Virus record (IMG/VR): IMGVR_UViG_3300046804_004848
Span: 32,001 to 96,000 of that record
Source: a virus
DNA: 64,000 bases
Strand: one strand, 5' to 3'
Part shown: piece by piece, positions 19,096 through 27,015 of the stretch
Layout of the letters: each line of letters begins with the position of its first letter
Numbering within the stretch: position 1 is the first letter of the stretch
Program-made: the position numbers and the translations under genes
The notes under the pieces: model-generated
Databases searched by the model: none
Seen by the model: the letters and a program-made list of their open reading frames with translations, nothing else
Told to the model about the DNA's origin: nothing

Positions 19096-19311
19096 ATGGG
19101 TGACGCAACAGGTGGATTTTTAGGGGTTTTTGAACAGCGAGTTAACATGTTGCGTAAACGGTTAAAAGGTGAATTAGAAAAAGATAAACCAATACGTTGT
19201 CGTAGAACATTAAAAGGTATTATACGTGAAATTAAAGAATGGGAAAAAGTATTACAAGAACATATTAAAGAATCTAAAAAATGCCCACACTGTGGTGGTA
19301 AATTAGAATAA
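19096..19311 (+). CDS. Small basic protein with C-terminal CPHCG
   Basis: GAGG SD; coiled coil followed by a CxxC. Confidence 0.55.
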   Translation: MGDATGGFLGVFEQRVNMLRKRLKGELEKDKPIRCRRTLKGIIREIKEWEKVLQEHIKESKKCPHCGGKLE

Positions 19312-19338
19312 ATATTAGAATATTATAAGGATTTTACC

Positions 19339-19527
19339 ATGAAATTAGAAATGACAATCAATGGTTTAGAGATAAAAGTTGAATTAAACAGTGGGTCAAT
19401 TGACCAACTTGAAACACTTGAAACTGTTAAAAGCCTAATTTATACACTTTCACAATACGATTTTGTTGATATGCACGTTCAATCAGCAGGTTCAAGTCAT
19501 GACTTTCCTGATGCTGACCCAATGTGA
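19339..19527 (+). CDS. Hypothetical protein
   Basis: AAGGA SD; TAAATA upstream. Confidence 0.55.
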   Translation: MKLEMTINGLEIKVELNSGSIDQLETLETVKSLIYTLSQYDFVDMHVQSAGSSHDFPDADPM

Positions 19528-20201
19528 AAAAACGTATAGCATTATTTCAACACGATCCTGAATGCTCAATTTGGTGCTGCAACGGTATGATAAATGCCTT
19601 GCAGCAATCCTACAAAATCACTTGTTGGTCAACTAATGATAATATATATAAAGTACTACTAAAAACTGATATTCTTGCCTTCCCAGGTGGTATCGGTTCA
19701 AGCGATAAATTCTACAAATTCTTCTCACACGAAACTATAACTGCAATACAAAACTTTGTAACCAATGGTGGTTACTATTTGGGTATTTGCATGGGCGCAT
19801 ATTGGGCATCACATTATTACTTTAACATACTTAAAAGTGTAGAGGCTGTGCAATATATTAAGCGACCTGATACAGAAATTAAACGATCATATGCTACAGT
19901 TGCTAATGTACAATGGTTGCATGATGAAGAAGAAATGTTTTTTTATGATGGATGTTCATTGATTGGTAATGAACGTAAGTTTAAAGTAATCTCACGATAT
20001 TCTAATAATGATCCTATGGCAATTATACAAAACAACATAGGTATTATTGGGTGCCACCCTGAAAGTGAGAAGTTTTGGTACAATAAGTACAAATATATAA
20101 AGCAGCATTGGCACCATGGTAGGCACCATATGCTGCTATTAGACTTTGTTAATCGTCTTTCTTCAAACCAAACAACTGTAATAAATTCAAGAAAATATTG
20201 A
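19524..20201 (+). CDS. BPL-N / class I glutamine amidotransferase-like protein
   Basis: FPGG, GGYYLGICMGAY nucleophile elbow and GCHPE motifs. Confidence 0.75.
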   Translation: MKKRIALFQHDPECSIWCCNGMINALQQSYKITCWSTNDNIYKVLLKTDILAFPGGIGSSDKFYKFFSHETITAIQNFVTNGGYYLGICMGAYWASHYYFNILKSVEAVQYIKRPDTEIKRSYATVANVQWLHDEEEMFFYDGCSLIGNERKFKVISRYSNNDPMAIIQNNIGIIGCHPESEKFWYNKYKYIKQHWHHGRHHMLLLDFVNRLSSNQTTVINSRKY

Positions 20202-20835
20202 TAAAATCAAGATACAGTGTTAACGCACCTAATGATTCTACTCTAGCAGTTGCACCTTCTTCCATAATCATTTCACGAATTTTCTGTGTGTCATACGCAG
20301 TTAAACCAAGAAAAATAATAATAGCAAGTGCACTAATAACCATAGCAGCAACACTGCTACCAATAAAGATATTAATAATAGAGGCGATAACAATAGCAAT
20401 AAGCCCAACAAACAGAAACTTACCAATACTATCAAGATTCTTTTTAGTAAAGTAACCATAAAAACTCATCGTTCCAAATAAAACTGCTGCACCCATAAAT
20501 GCAGTAAAAATACTACCCATTTGGTATACTGCAAAGATTGTAGCAAAACTTAAACCCATTAGTGCAGCAAAACCTAGTAGCATCAATAGTGCAACCTCTT
20601 TAGATTGTACTTGTGATAATCCATAACTTACAGCAAACACTGCAACTAATGGAGCAAAAATAACAATCCATTTAATAAAACCTGTAAAAAAGAACTGTAA
20701 TAACTCAGGGGTAGTTCCAACCCAATAAGAAACAAGCATACTTACAACAACAGCAAGTGACATGTTTTTATACACACCTGCCATTGCTGAATTAATCTCA
20801 CTAGCCGTAGGGTATGTAATTGATTGTGAAAACAT
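20149..20835 (-). CDS. Bax inhibitor-1/YccA family membrane protein
   Basis: About seven TM segments; GLTAYDTQKI and GALTLYLDFINIF motifs. Confidence 0.92.
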   Translation of the reverse strand: MFSQSITYPTASEINSAMAGVYKNMSLAVVVSMLVSYWVGTTPELLQFFFTGFIKWIVIFAPLVAVFAVSYGLSQVQSKEVALLMLLGFAALMGLSFATIFAVYQMGSIFTAFMGAAVLFGTMSFYGYFTKKNLDSIGKFLFVGLIAIVIASIINIFIGSSVAAMVISALAIIIFLGLTAYDTQKIREMIMEEGATARVESLGALTLYLDFINIFLNLLQLFGLKKDD

Positions 20836-20864
20836 ATATTTCCTCCTATAAGAAAGTTTTCATA

Positions 20865-20880
20865 GATATTTATATAAATA
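20865..20880. promoter_or_regulatory. Back-to-back late promoters (TATAAATA on both strands)
   Basis: GATATTTATATAAATA. Confidence 0.5.
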
Positions 20881-20963
20881 CTATATGGTAAAACCATTAG
20901 ATACTATAGCAAATTTTTGGATTGATGGCTATGTTTTTGGTTTTATTTTGTGGTGGTATATGC

Positions 20964-21242
20964 CTACTTTCGCCGTTGGTCTTTTAGATGCTCAGGAACC
21001 TTTGAACGGTAATCCACTCCATCAATCGGTGTGTAATCTTTAGTCAGTGGTTGTTTTAATAAACTATCACCATACTTCAAACCAATGTAACTAATAACTT
21101 TTTCAACACCTTTTAAAGGTTTAAGTTGAATAAAACAATGTTCTTTCCATGTTAAGACAGTAAGCAAAAATGGTTTGATATTAGTATCTTTAATAATATC
21201 ATCAAACTTATCACTTTCACGCTTAAAAATTATAGTTTCCAT
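20964..21242 (-). CDS. Divergent member of the LRW small-protein family with C-terminal extension
   Basis: Internal ISYIGLKYG matches the family end motif. Confidence 0.45.
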   Translation of the reverse strand: METIIFKRESDKFDDIIKDTNIKPFLLTVLTWKEHCFIQLKPLKGVEKVISYIGLKYGDSLLKQPLTKDYTPIDGVDYRSKVPEHLKDQRRK

Positions 21243-21243
21243 A

Positions 21244-21435
21244 TCAATACCTTAAACTAAACCATGTGGCATACTTATCGTCATAAATATATAAAACAAT
21301 TTTATGATAATTTCCATAAAACACCCATGTTTGAGGTGAAGGTTGTCCCATCATTTTCCTACATTGTTTTAAAAAATCACTAATAGGACCTACCTCCCTT
21401 ACGGTGAATTCACGCTGAAAAAGTAGGTTTCTCAT
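21244..21435 (-). CDS. LRW-family small protein
   Basis: Ends YDDKYATWFSLRY. Confidence 0.65.
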   Translation of the reverse strand: MRNLLFQREFTVREVGPISDFLKQCRKMMGQPSPQTWVFYGNYHKIVLYIYDDKYATWFSLRY

Positions 21436-21436
21436 G

Positions 21437-21808
21437 TCAGTATCTTTTAATTACATTGAATGTGTGAATTTGATCAACATAGTCTGCTAACTCGCATGCT
21501 TTGCTGTAATCATCAAGTATGATTGCTTTTAGTGATCCATGGTCTAATAATTTTAAATGAACATCTTCTTCTGTTGTTATCAAAATATCGTTTGATAAAT
21601 TAATTAGCATCCAAGAATTTACAGTGTTTGGGTTATGTTCGTAAAACCCCAATGTAATATAATCTAATTTTAAATTCTTGATACACCAATTTACCATCTT
21701 CACTTTACCATTAGGGTTGGAAATACCTGTAGGGTATTCATCCCAAGTTACTGCATATCGTGATTGAAAAGGTTTTATTCGCATACTATCCCCACATGTT
21801 AGTTCCAT
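21437..21808 (-). CDS. Hypothetical protein, possibly a divergent LRW-family member
   Basis: MVNWCIKNL helix; ends FNVIKRY. Confidence 0.5.
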   Translation of the reverse strand: MELTCGDSMRIKPFQSRYAVTWDEYPTGISNPNGKVKMVNWCIKNLKLDYITLGFYEHNPNTVNSWMLINLSNDILITTEEDVHLKLLDHGSLKAIILDDYSKACELADYVDQIHTFNVIKRY

Positions 21809-22008
21809 CGCATTGCAAAAAAGGTTAGAATAGATTCTTCTTTAAAGTAAAAATCAGACTTATAAAAACCATAAACTACATTCCACTTATTTCTTCTTTC
21901 ACCAAACTTTTCAATTAACCATAGTTCAATATCAATAATTTGAGAATCAGCAGGATAGTTTACTGTAATTTTATAAGGCCAAATTTCTTTTTTAAGTCTT
22001 CTCATCAT
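21799..22008 (-). CDS. LRW-family small protein
   Basis: IELWLIEKFG..W..FYFKEESILTFFAMRWN. Confidence 0.7.
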   Translation of the reverse strand: MMRRLKKEIWPYKITVNYPADSQIIDIELWLIEKFGERRNKWNVVYGFYKSDFYFKEESILTFFAMRWN

Positions 22009-22032
22009 TATATCATAACATAGTAAAAATGA

Positions 22033-22272
22033 TTATTCTTTATCTTCATTGGCAGCATCCAAAAAATCTAATAACTCTATAGATGGGTGTGGGTAGATAC
22101 CGTATCTGCTGCCAAGTTGTCCTGGGTCATTGCTGTTGGTGCATCCTAATCTATGATCAGTAGCGTGTGGACAACGTTTGTTACCACAGGTATCACATAC
22201 GATAAAGGTACTGATAAACTTGGTAAAATTTGGTTTGAGGCATTCAAAACATTGACACTCCTTAGTATTCAA
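22033..22272 (-). CDS. Cys/His-rich putative Zn-binding protein
   Basis: CQCFEC and CDTCGNKRCPHATDH..CTNSN motifs. Confidence 0.65.
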   Translation of the reverse strand: MNTKECQCFECLKPNFTKFISTFIVCDTCGNKRCPHATDHRLGCTNSNDPGQLGSRYGIYPHPSIELLDFLDAANEDKE

Positions 22273-22273
22273 T

Positions 22274-22459
22274 CTACGTCCACCTCAATATAAACATCAT
22301 ATAATCACTTTCTTTTTCAAATGCAAAAACACCTTCACCTACATATTGAGAATGTGTGGCACCTATCTTTTCATGGCACCACGATATTACATCATACCAA
22401 CCACGTTTACCACCATCAGGAGGACAAATAGATGCAATATACGGATATTTAGGATTCAT
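22274..22459 (-). CDS. LRW-family small protein
   Basis: VISWCHEKIG..VFAFEKESDYMMFILRWT. Confidence 0.7.
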   Translation of the reverse strand: MNPKYPYIASICPPDGGKRGWYDVISWCHEKIGATHSQYVGEGVFAFEKESDYMMFILRWT

Positions 22460-22670
22460 ATTTTAACCGAAATAATGTAGAGTACTGTTCATCGTAAAAT
22501 GTAAAGATAACTTTTTTTGGAGTAATTCTATATTTTTCATAATCATATACTGATGGAATATATTTAAAATCAAAATGTTCTCCTTGATTAAATCCTGAGG
22601 CACGTAGTTCACGCACAATATCCATATATTGTGATAATTCTTTACCTTCAATGACTACATCAATAGCCAA
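22449..22670 (-). CDS. LRW-family small protein
   Basis: VIFTFYDEQYSTLFRLKYES. Confidence 0.65.
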   Translation of the reverse strand: MAIDVVIEGKELSQYMDIVRELRASGFNQGEHFDFKYIPSVYDYEKYRITPKKVIFTFYDEQYSTLFRLKYES

Positions 22671-22671
22671 T

Positions 22672-22920
22672 TTATCTCCATCTTAAATTATATAAAAATT
22701 CATGTTCAGGCTCTTTAAAAGTTACTATAAGTGTAGGAGGCAATCCTTGTATTCTAAACTTCCATGTTTCTTTATCCATACTGCGCCATTCTAAAAATTG
22801 AGCCACTGTACTTTTATTAAACGGTCTACCATCATTGGTATAATTTCTTTGTATAGTTTCATCCAACCATTTTAATTGTTCTTCCCATTCTTTTTTAAAA
22901 GGACTATCAAAATTATACAT
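22672..22920 (-). CDS. LRW-family small protein
   Basis: Likely start MYNF (TAATG coupling); ends VTFKEPEHEFLYNLRWR. Confidence 0.65.
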   Translation of the reverse strand: MYNFDSPFKKEWEEQLKWLDETIQRNYTNDGRPFNKSTVAQFLEWRSMDKETWKFRIQGLPPTLIVTFKEPEHEFLYNLRWR

Positions 22921-23135
22921 TATGCCCATCTCAAAGTAAACCAAACAGCATCTTGGCTATGCTGAAAACATACTATGATTTTATGACTTTGTTGGCTGTA
23001 ATAGGTATACCAAGTTTCACCGTATCTACCTAAATGTCGCCTACACCATTCATGTATAGCATCTTCATGACTTTTAGTCAATATAGGTTCAATTTCTATA
23101 CGATGTTCAAAATCTTGTGGTCTTACTACGCCCAC
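22920..23135 (-). CDS. LRW-family small protein
   Basis: IHEWCRRHLG..W..VCFQHSQDAVWFTLRWA. Confidence 0.7.
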   Translation of the reverse strand: MGVVRPQDFEHRIEIEPILTKSHEDAIHEWCRRHLGRYGETWYTYYSQQSHKIIVCFQHSQDAVWFTLRWA

Positions 23136-23136
23136 C

Positions 23137-23364
23137 TTACGCCCACCTCAATATAAACCAATTTAAGCTATGCTCATCTTCAAATATCACTTTATCGGGG
23201 TCACGAAAGTTTGCGGGAACATATTTTGCTTTATATGGCTTGAGTTTTTGGTTAAGTATTCTTAATGCTATATCATGATCAGGATTATCCTGATTGGCCT
23301 TTACAAAGTTTTGCCAATGTTTGGGACAATTTATAAGCATACTCTCTAAGTAAAAACCAATCAT
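23137..23364 (-). CDS. LRW-family small protein
   Basis: Likely start MIGF (ATGA coupling); ends VIFEDEHSLNWFILRWA. Confidence 0.7.
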   Translation of the reverse strand: MIGFYLESMLINCPKHWQNFVKANQDNPDHDIALRILNQKLKPYKAKYVPANFRDPDKVIFEDEHSLNWFILRWA

Positions 23365-23570
23365 GACCACCTCAAGGCAAACCACATGGCATCTCTGCTA
23401 TCTTCGAATTGAATATACTTTGTATCTGACCAACCAGGATTGTGATAATAGCGTCCCTGACAATGTTCTTCCAACCAACGATCCACATTATAATCTAGTA
23501 GACTGCGAATATGTACTGCTAACTGCCCTTGTTCCAATCTATGATAAACAACTGTATGTAGAGCCATCAT
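23361..23570 (-). CDS. LRW-family small protein
   Basis: Start MMAL; VDRWLEEHC..IQFEDSRDAMWFALRWS. Confidence 0.7.
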   Translation of the reverse strand: MMALHTVVYHRLEQGQLAVHIRSLLDYNVDRWLEEHCQGRYYHNPGWSDTKYIQFEDSRDAMWFALRWS

Positions 23571-23833
23571 GACCACCTCAATATAAACCAATTAGCATCA
23601 CGTTCATTTTCGAACCAAAATATGTTACCAGTCCAAGTATAGTGTTTCCCGCCAAATTCATGCTCACACCATTTACGTACATCATGCAAATCAACTAAAA
23701 GACTTTGACCTGTCAATGGAACACTATAATAGCCACCCTCAGCTAACCTATTGCTCCACCTTGTAATAGTTGGAGCAGAAAGCCCATCATAATGCTTCCA
23801 AGCTGCAATAAAATCTTGGATACAATCTTTCAT
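23567..23833 (-). CDS. LRW-family small protein
   Basis: Start MKDC; VRKWCEHEFG..FWFENERDANWFILRWS. Confidence 0.7.
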   Translation of the reverse strand: MKDCIQDFIAAWKHYDGLSAPTITRWSNRLAEGGYYSVPLTGQSLLVDLHDVRKWCEHEFGGKHYTWTGNIFWFENERDANWFILRWS

Positions 23834-24117
23834 GACCACCTCAATAAAAACATATTAATATCATCTTCATTGGTAAATCCCCATATTTCACCATCATTAC
23901 CACGCATGAAACATCGTGTTTTCCCAATCAATAATTTATCTGACCATTCCCAAAAATCACTTTTGTTCCAACGTTGCATCACAGGAATAAACAAAAAATA
24001 TTGACATTGTTCACCTAAACTTACTTCAGGTATCCATAATGGGCTAGTATTATTTGTACCTATCTTAGGCCAATGTTTATTAGCATATTTTATAAATTCT
24101 GTTCTAGTTAATAGCAT
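23830..24117 (-). CDS. LRW-family small protein
   Basis: FWEWSDK..WGFTNEDDINMFLLRWS. Confidence 0.7.
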   Translation of the reverse strand: MLLTRTEFIKYANKHWPKIGTNNTSPLWIPEVSLGEQCQYFLFIPVMQRWNKSDFWEWSDKLLIGKTRCFMRGNDGEIWGFTNEDDINMFLLRWS

Positions 24118-24118
24118 A

Positions 24119-24358
24119 TTAAGAATAATTTAACATAAACCAAGTATAATGTTCTGCACTTTTAAAAATCATACCTTTTAACGCATGTCCATTATAAACA
24201 AGGTTGATACCATAATTATCATAATACCAATCACAAGCTTGAATCCTAGAATCAATACCCAATTTTGGTACACTTTTTTGTCCTGAACCTTCCCACAAAT
24301 TATATAAAACTTGTATTACTTCACGATTTTTTTCAACAAAATATGCCATTATCGCCAC
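24119..24358 (-). CDS. LRW-family small protein
   Basis: MIFKSAEHYTWFMLNYS. Confidence 0.65.
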   Translation of the reverse strand: MAIMAYFVEKNREVIQVLYNLWEGSGQKSVPKLGIDSRIQACDWYYDNYGINLVYNGHALKGMIFKSAEHYTWFMLNYS

Positions 24359-24576
24359 ACTAAATTAAACCATACAAAATCACGTTCATGTCTAAATTTC
24401 ACCTCAGTATGCGCATGGAAAAAACGCCAACGACAATGTTTTTCACATCCTTCCACATTAGCGTATAACCAATCAAGGACTTCTTCATAATTACCACTGT
24501 TGACATGTGCTAGATACCACCCATTACAATTAGTATCCCATCCCCATACATGAGCAAGGTATCGTCTATCACTCAT
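24349..24576 (-). CDS. LRW-family small protein
   Basis: VLDWLYANV..VKFRHERDFVWFNLVWR. Confidence 0.7.
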   Translation of the reverse strand: MSDRRYLAHVWGWDTNCNGWYLAHVNSGNYEEVLDWLYANVEGCEKHCRWRFFHAHTEVKFRHERDFVWFNLVWR

Positions 24577-24578
24577 GG

Positions 24579-24779
24579 TTACTTCAATAAATCTAACGCA
24601 GTAGCATACTCCATCACGTAATCAACATCCCACGGTTGTTTCCAAGTAATACGTACTCTACGTTTGTAGCATTTTTTCAACCATAGCATGTTACCTGAAA
24701 TAGTGACTTTAGGCAATAATGCATAAGTTTCTACCCAATCGTAGCAACCTTCTTTATCAACCTCTTTAGTTTCAATCAT
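24579..24779 (-). CDS. Hypothetical protein (not LRW family)
   Basis: Likely start MIETKE overlapping the upstream stop; W..YALLP...LWLK..YKR motif. Confidence 0.55.
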   Translation of the reverse strand: MIETKEVDKEGCYDWVETYALLPKVTISGNMLWLKKCYKRRVRITWKQPWDVDYVMEYATALDLLK

Positions 24780-24921
24780 CAATTCTTGTGTAGTTGAGGA
24801 CATTACCTACTCCATATTGTGCCTCACCAAGCATTTTAGCTTCATAGTCATTATTTGCCCAAATGATGGTGTTAGCAGTTTGATAGTCGTTAAGTCGTAC
24901 CCAAAGTTGATATTTGTACAT
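24772..24921 (-). CDS. 49-aa protein, not in ORF track (MYKYQLWVRLNDYQTANTIIWANNDYEAKMLGEAQYGVGNVLNYTRIDD)
   Basis: Open frame fills the gap in the array. Confidence 0.65.
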   Translation of the reverse strand: MYKYQLWVRLNDYQTANTIIWANNDYEAKMLGEAQYGVGNVLNYTRIDD

Positions 24922-24926
24922 TTCAT

Positions 24927-25157
24927 TTACATCCATTTTAACATAAAAAACACGTAGTTGTCAAGCGTTTCAAACTTGATATAACGTGCGCCCCATGGTG
25001 CTGAATCATTTTCAGTCATAAATTGTGCCCCATAAGGTTCCAACATAATATTTATTTGATAGATTGGAAAGTAGATTGCATCATTTTGCTTTAAAAAATT
25101 AATCCACCATATAGGTTTTGGCTCAGTCTCAGTTTCTTCAAATAATTTAATAAGCAT
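24927..25157 (-). CDS. LRW-family small protein
   Basis: PIWWINF resembles PKHWQNF in 23137; ends IKFETLDNYVFFMLKWM. Confidence 0.7.
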   Translation of the reverse strand: MLIKLFEETETEPKPIWWINFLKQNDAIYFPIYQINIMLEPYGAQFMTENDSAPWGARYIKFETLDNYVFFMLKWM

Positions 25158-25159
25158 GA

Positions 25160-25390
25160 TTACATATATTTCAACGCAAATAAGTTGTAACTTGCTTCAT
25201 TATGAAACTCAATATACGCAATACAATTAAATTGTTTAATTCCAACAGATAACACGTAATGGTGTACAAAACAATCATGTCTTTTTTCAAAAGCAGGTAC
25301 AAATTCATTGCTTTCTTGGTCAATACCTAAATCTTTTATTGCGTTTTGGCAATCAAAAGAATCAACAATAATAGACATAATTAACTCCAA
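25160..25390 (-). CDS. LRW-family small protein
   Basis: IEFHNEASYNLFALKYM. Confidence 0.65.
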   Translation of the reverse strand: MELIMSIIVDSFDCQNAIKDLGIDQESNEFVPAFEKRHDCFVHHYVLSVGIKQFNCIAYIEFHNEASYNLFALKYM

Positions 25391-25626
25391 GTAAGTAGAA
25401 AAAATGATTGTAGTTCTGCTGTGGTAAATTGTAGAACAATACCTTCTAATTTAAAATTATTTACCCCAATATTTTTTAGTAACCAACTTGTAATTTCTGC
25501 ATCATTTTCTACCCACCATGTAAAATCTATGATAAAACAACAGTGTTCATGAGTAGAAATATTAGGCACCCCTGAAAAAACTAAAAAACGTTGACCTACA
25601 TCCATTTCATTGCAAAAAAAGTACAA
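25381..25626 (-). CDS. LRW-family small protein
   Basis: ITSWLLKNIG..LQFTTAELQSFFLLTWS. Confidence 0.65.
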   Translation of the reverse strand: MYFFCNEMDVGQRFLVFSGVPNISTHEHCCFIIDFTWWVENDAEITSWLLKNIGVNNFKLEGIVLQFTTAELQSFFLLTWS

Positions 25627-25787
25627 TCATTTTCATTACTAAAACTTACTACATAGTGTCCTGCTTGTTCACCGCCTACATCTAAATTAGCAAAGTGCCA
25701 TTCGCCTGTGCAATTATGTTGACACCAATCAAAAATATCGCCTAACTTACCAAATGGTATGGTAACTGTTAAGGTATGATTATCCAT
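25596..25787 (-). CDS. LRW-family small protein
   Basis: IFDWCQHNCTGEW..VSFSNENDCTFFAMKWM. Confidence 0.7.
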   Translation of the reverse strand: MDNHTLTVTIPFGKLGDIFDWCQHNCTGEWHFANLDVGGEQAGHYVVSFSNENDCTFFAMKWM

Positions 25788-26283
25788 GTGAAATAACTTC
25801 TACTCCACTTTTTTCAAGAAATTTTATCCCTGCATCGTCCCTATAGTGTGTACCAAAATACACACGACGAATACCTGCACTGTATATACTTTTTGCACAT
25901 TCAAGACACGGTGCATGAGTAATAAACATTGTTGCTCCATTCCCACCCTCTGATCCTTTAGCTAGTTTGTCCAAGGCGTTCCGCTCAGCATGCAGTACTT
26001 CAGGTCTAGTTTTTAGTCTGTATCTTCTTTCTACACTGTAACCACTAATCCAAAAATTACCTAACAATGGATAGTCTTGTAATTTAGCACTAGTATCATT
26101 GATAGGCATAAATTCAGTATATTCACAGCCATTGTCCCATCCACTAGGCATACCATTGTAGCCAATACTAATGATACGATCATCTTTTACAATGATCGCA
26201 CCAACTTTTAATCGCACTGCATAACTAAGTTCAGATACTCGTTTTGCTATATCAGCATAAAGTTGTATAAATTTTTCTTTCAT
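25780..26283 (-). CDS. dCMP deaminase
   Basis: VGAIIV, GYNG, HAERNA and PCLEC motifs; start MKEKF at 26283. Confidence 0.92.
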   Translation of the reverse strand: MKEKFIQLYADIAKRVSELSYAVRLKVGAIIVKDDRIISIGYNGMPSGWDNGCEYTEFMPINDTSAKLQDYPLLGNFWISGYSVERRYRLKTRPEVLHAERNALDKLAKGSEGGNGATMFITHAPCLECAKSIYSAGIRRVYFGTHYRDDAGIKFLEKSGVEVISHG

Positions 26284-27014
26284 TTGTAGTTTGATAAAAA
26301 TTCTAGCGTAGTTTTTGTTGCTTGCTCTGTGGCAGTAGCACTGTATTGTGTAACATGACCCCATCTTGCGTTATTGTATGAACGGTCAAAACTATGATAT
26401 GCCCCATCATAAACAAATACTTGCTGTAATTTATTTAAGTCTTTAAATGATTCGCATAAACTACTTGGAGTCCATGTATCAAGTGAACCAATATGTATTT
26501 GTGATGGTACTTTTACATGGTGGTAGGAATAATTGCATTTAGGATAATACGCTATCACACCATCTAATTTTGTATTTGATATAATTCCTGCCTCTAATAC
26601 ACTAGCAGCACCGTGACTAAAACCTATTCCAATTACTGCTCCACGATGCCATGATTGTTGTTTTACCCATGCAGCCATTGCGTTAATATCCTCACCACGT
26701 TGGGCAAATGTCAATTTATTTGAGTTGCATGTTGTTGGTAAATTTCTTGCACCTAAACTATCAGGAATAACGACATTAAATCCTGCCTTAAATAACAAAC
26801 TTACCCATTGATAATCTTCAGTATTAATCCCATTACAACCATGTGCAAGTACTACTGTGGGAGAGGGAACATCTTGCAATTTTTTATCAAACGCTACTTT
26901 AATAGGTACTACAGAACTAAGGTAAGGATCAATCACCTCAATCTTTGTCCACCAAAATGCTGCATGTACGATGTTTGTAAACAATAGTGATAAAAAAATA
27001 AGAATGATTTTCAT
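26280..27014 (-). CDS. Secreted alpha/beta hydrolase (dienelactone hydrolase-like)
   Basis: Signal peptide from MKIILIF (27014); HGCNG, GFSHG, DTWTP and GAYHSFD motifs. Confidence 0.8.
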   Translation of the reverse strand: MKIILIFLSLLFTNIVHAAFWWTKIEVIDPYLSSVVPIKVAFDKKLQDVPSPTVVLAHGCNGINTEDYQWVSLLFKAGFNVVIPDSLGARNLPTTCNSNKLTFAQRGEDINAMAAWVKQQSWHRGAVIGIGFSHGAASVLEAGIISNTKLDGVIAYYPKCNYSYHHVKVPSQIHIGSLDTWTPSSLCESFKDLNKLQQVFVYDGAYHSFDRSYNNARWGHVTQYSATATEQATKTTLEFLSNYK

Positions 27015-27015
27015 A

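Noticed and set aside
22274-23845. CRISPR array or integron attC sites from the repeated 15-21-mers
   Set aside because: Repeats are short, non-palindromic, inside coding ends and separated by whole ORFs of 200-270 nt or more; no cas or integrase gene in the window.
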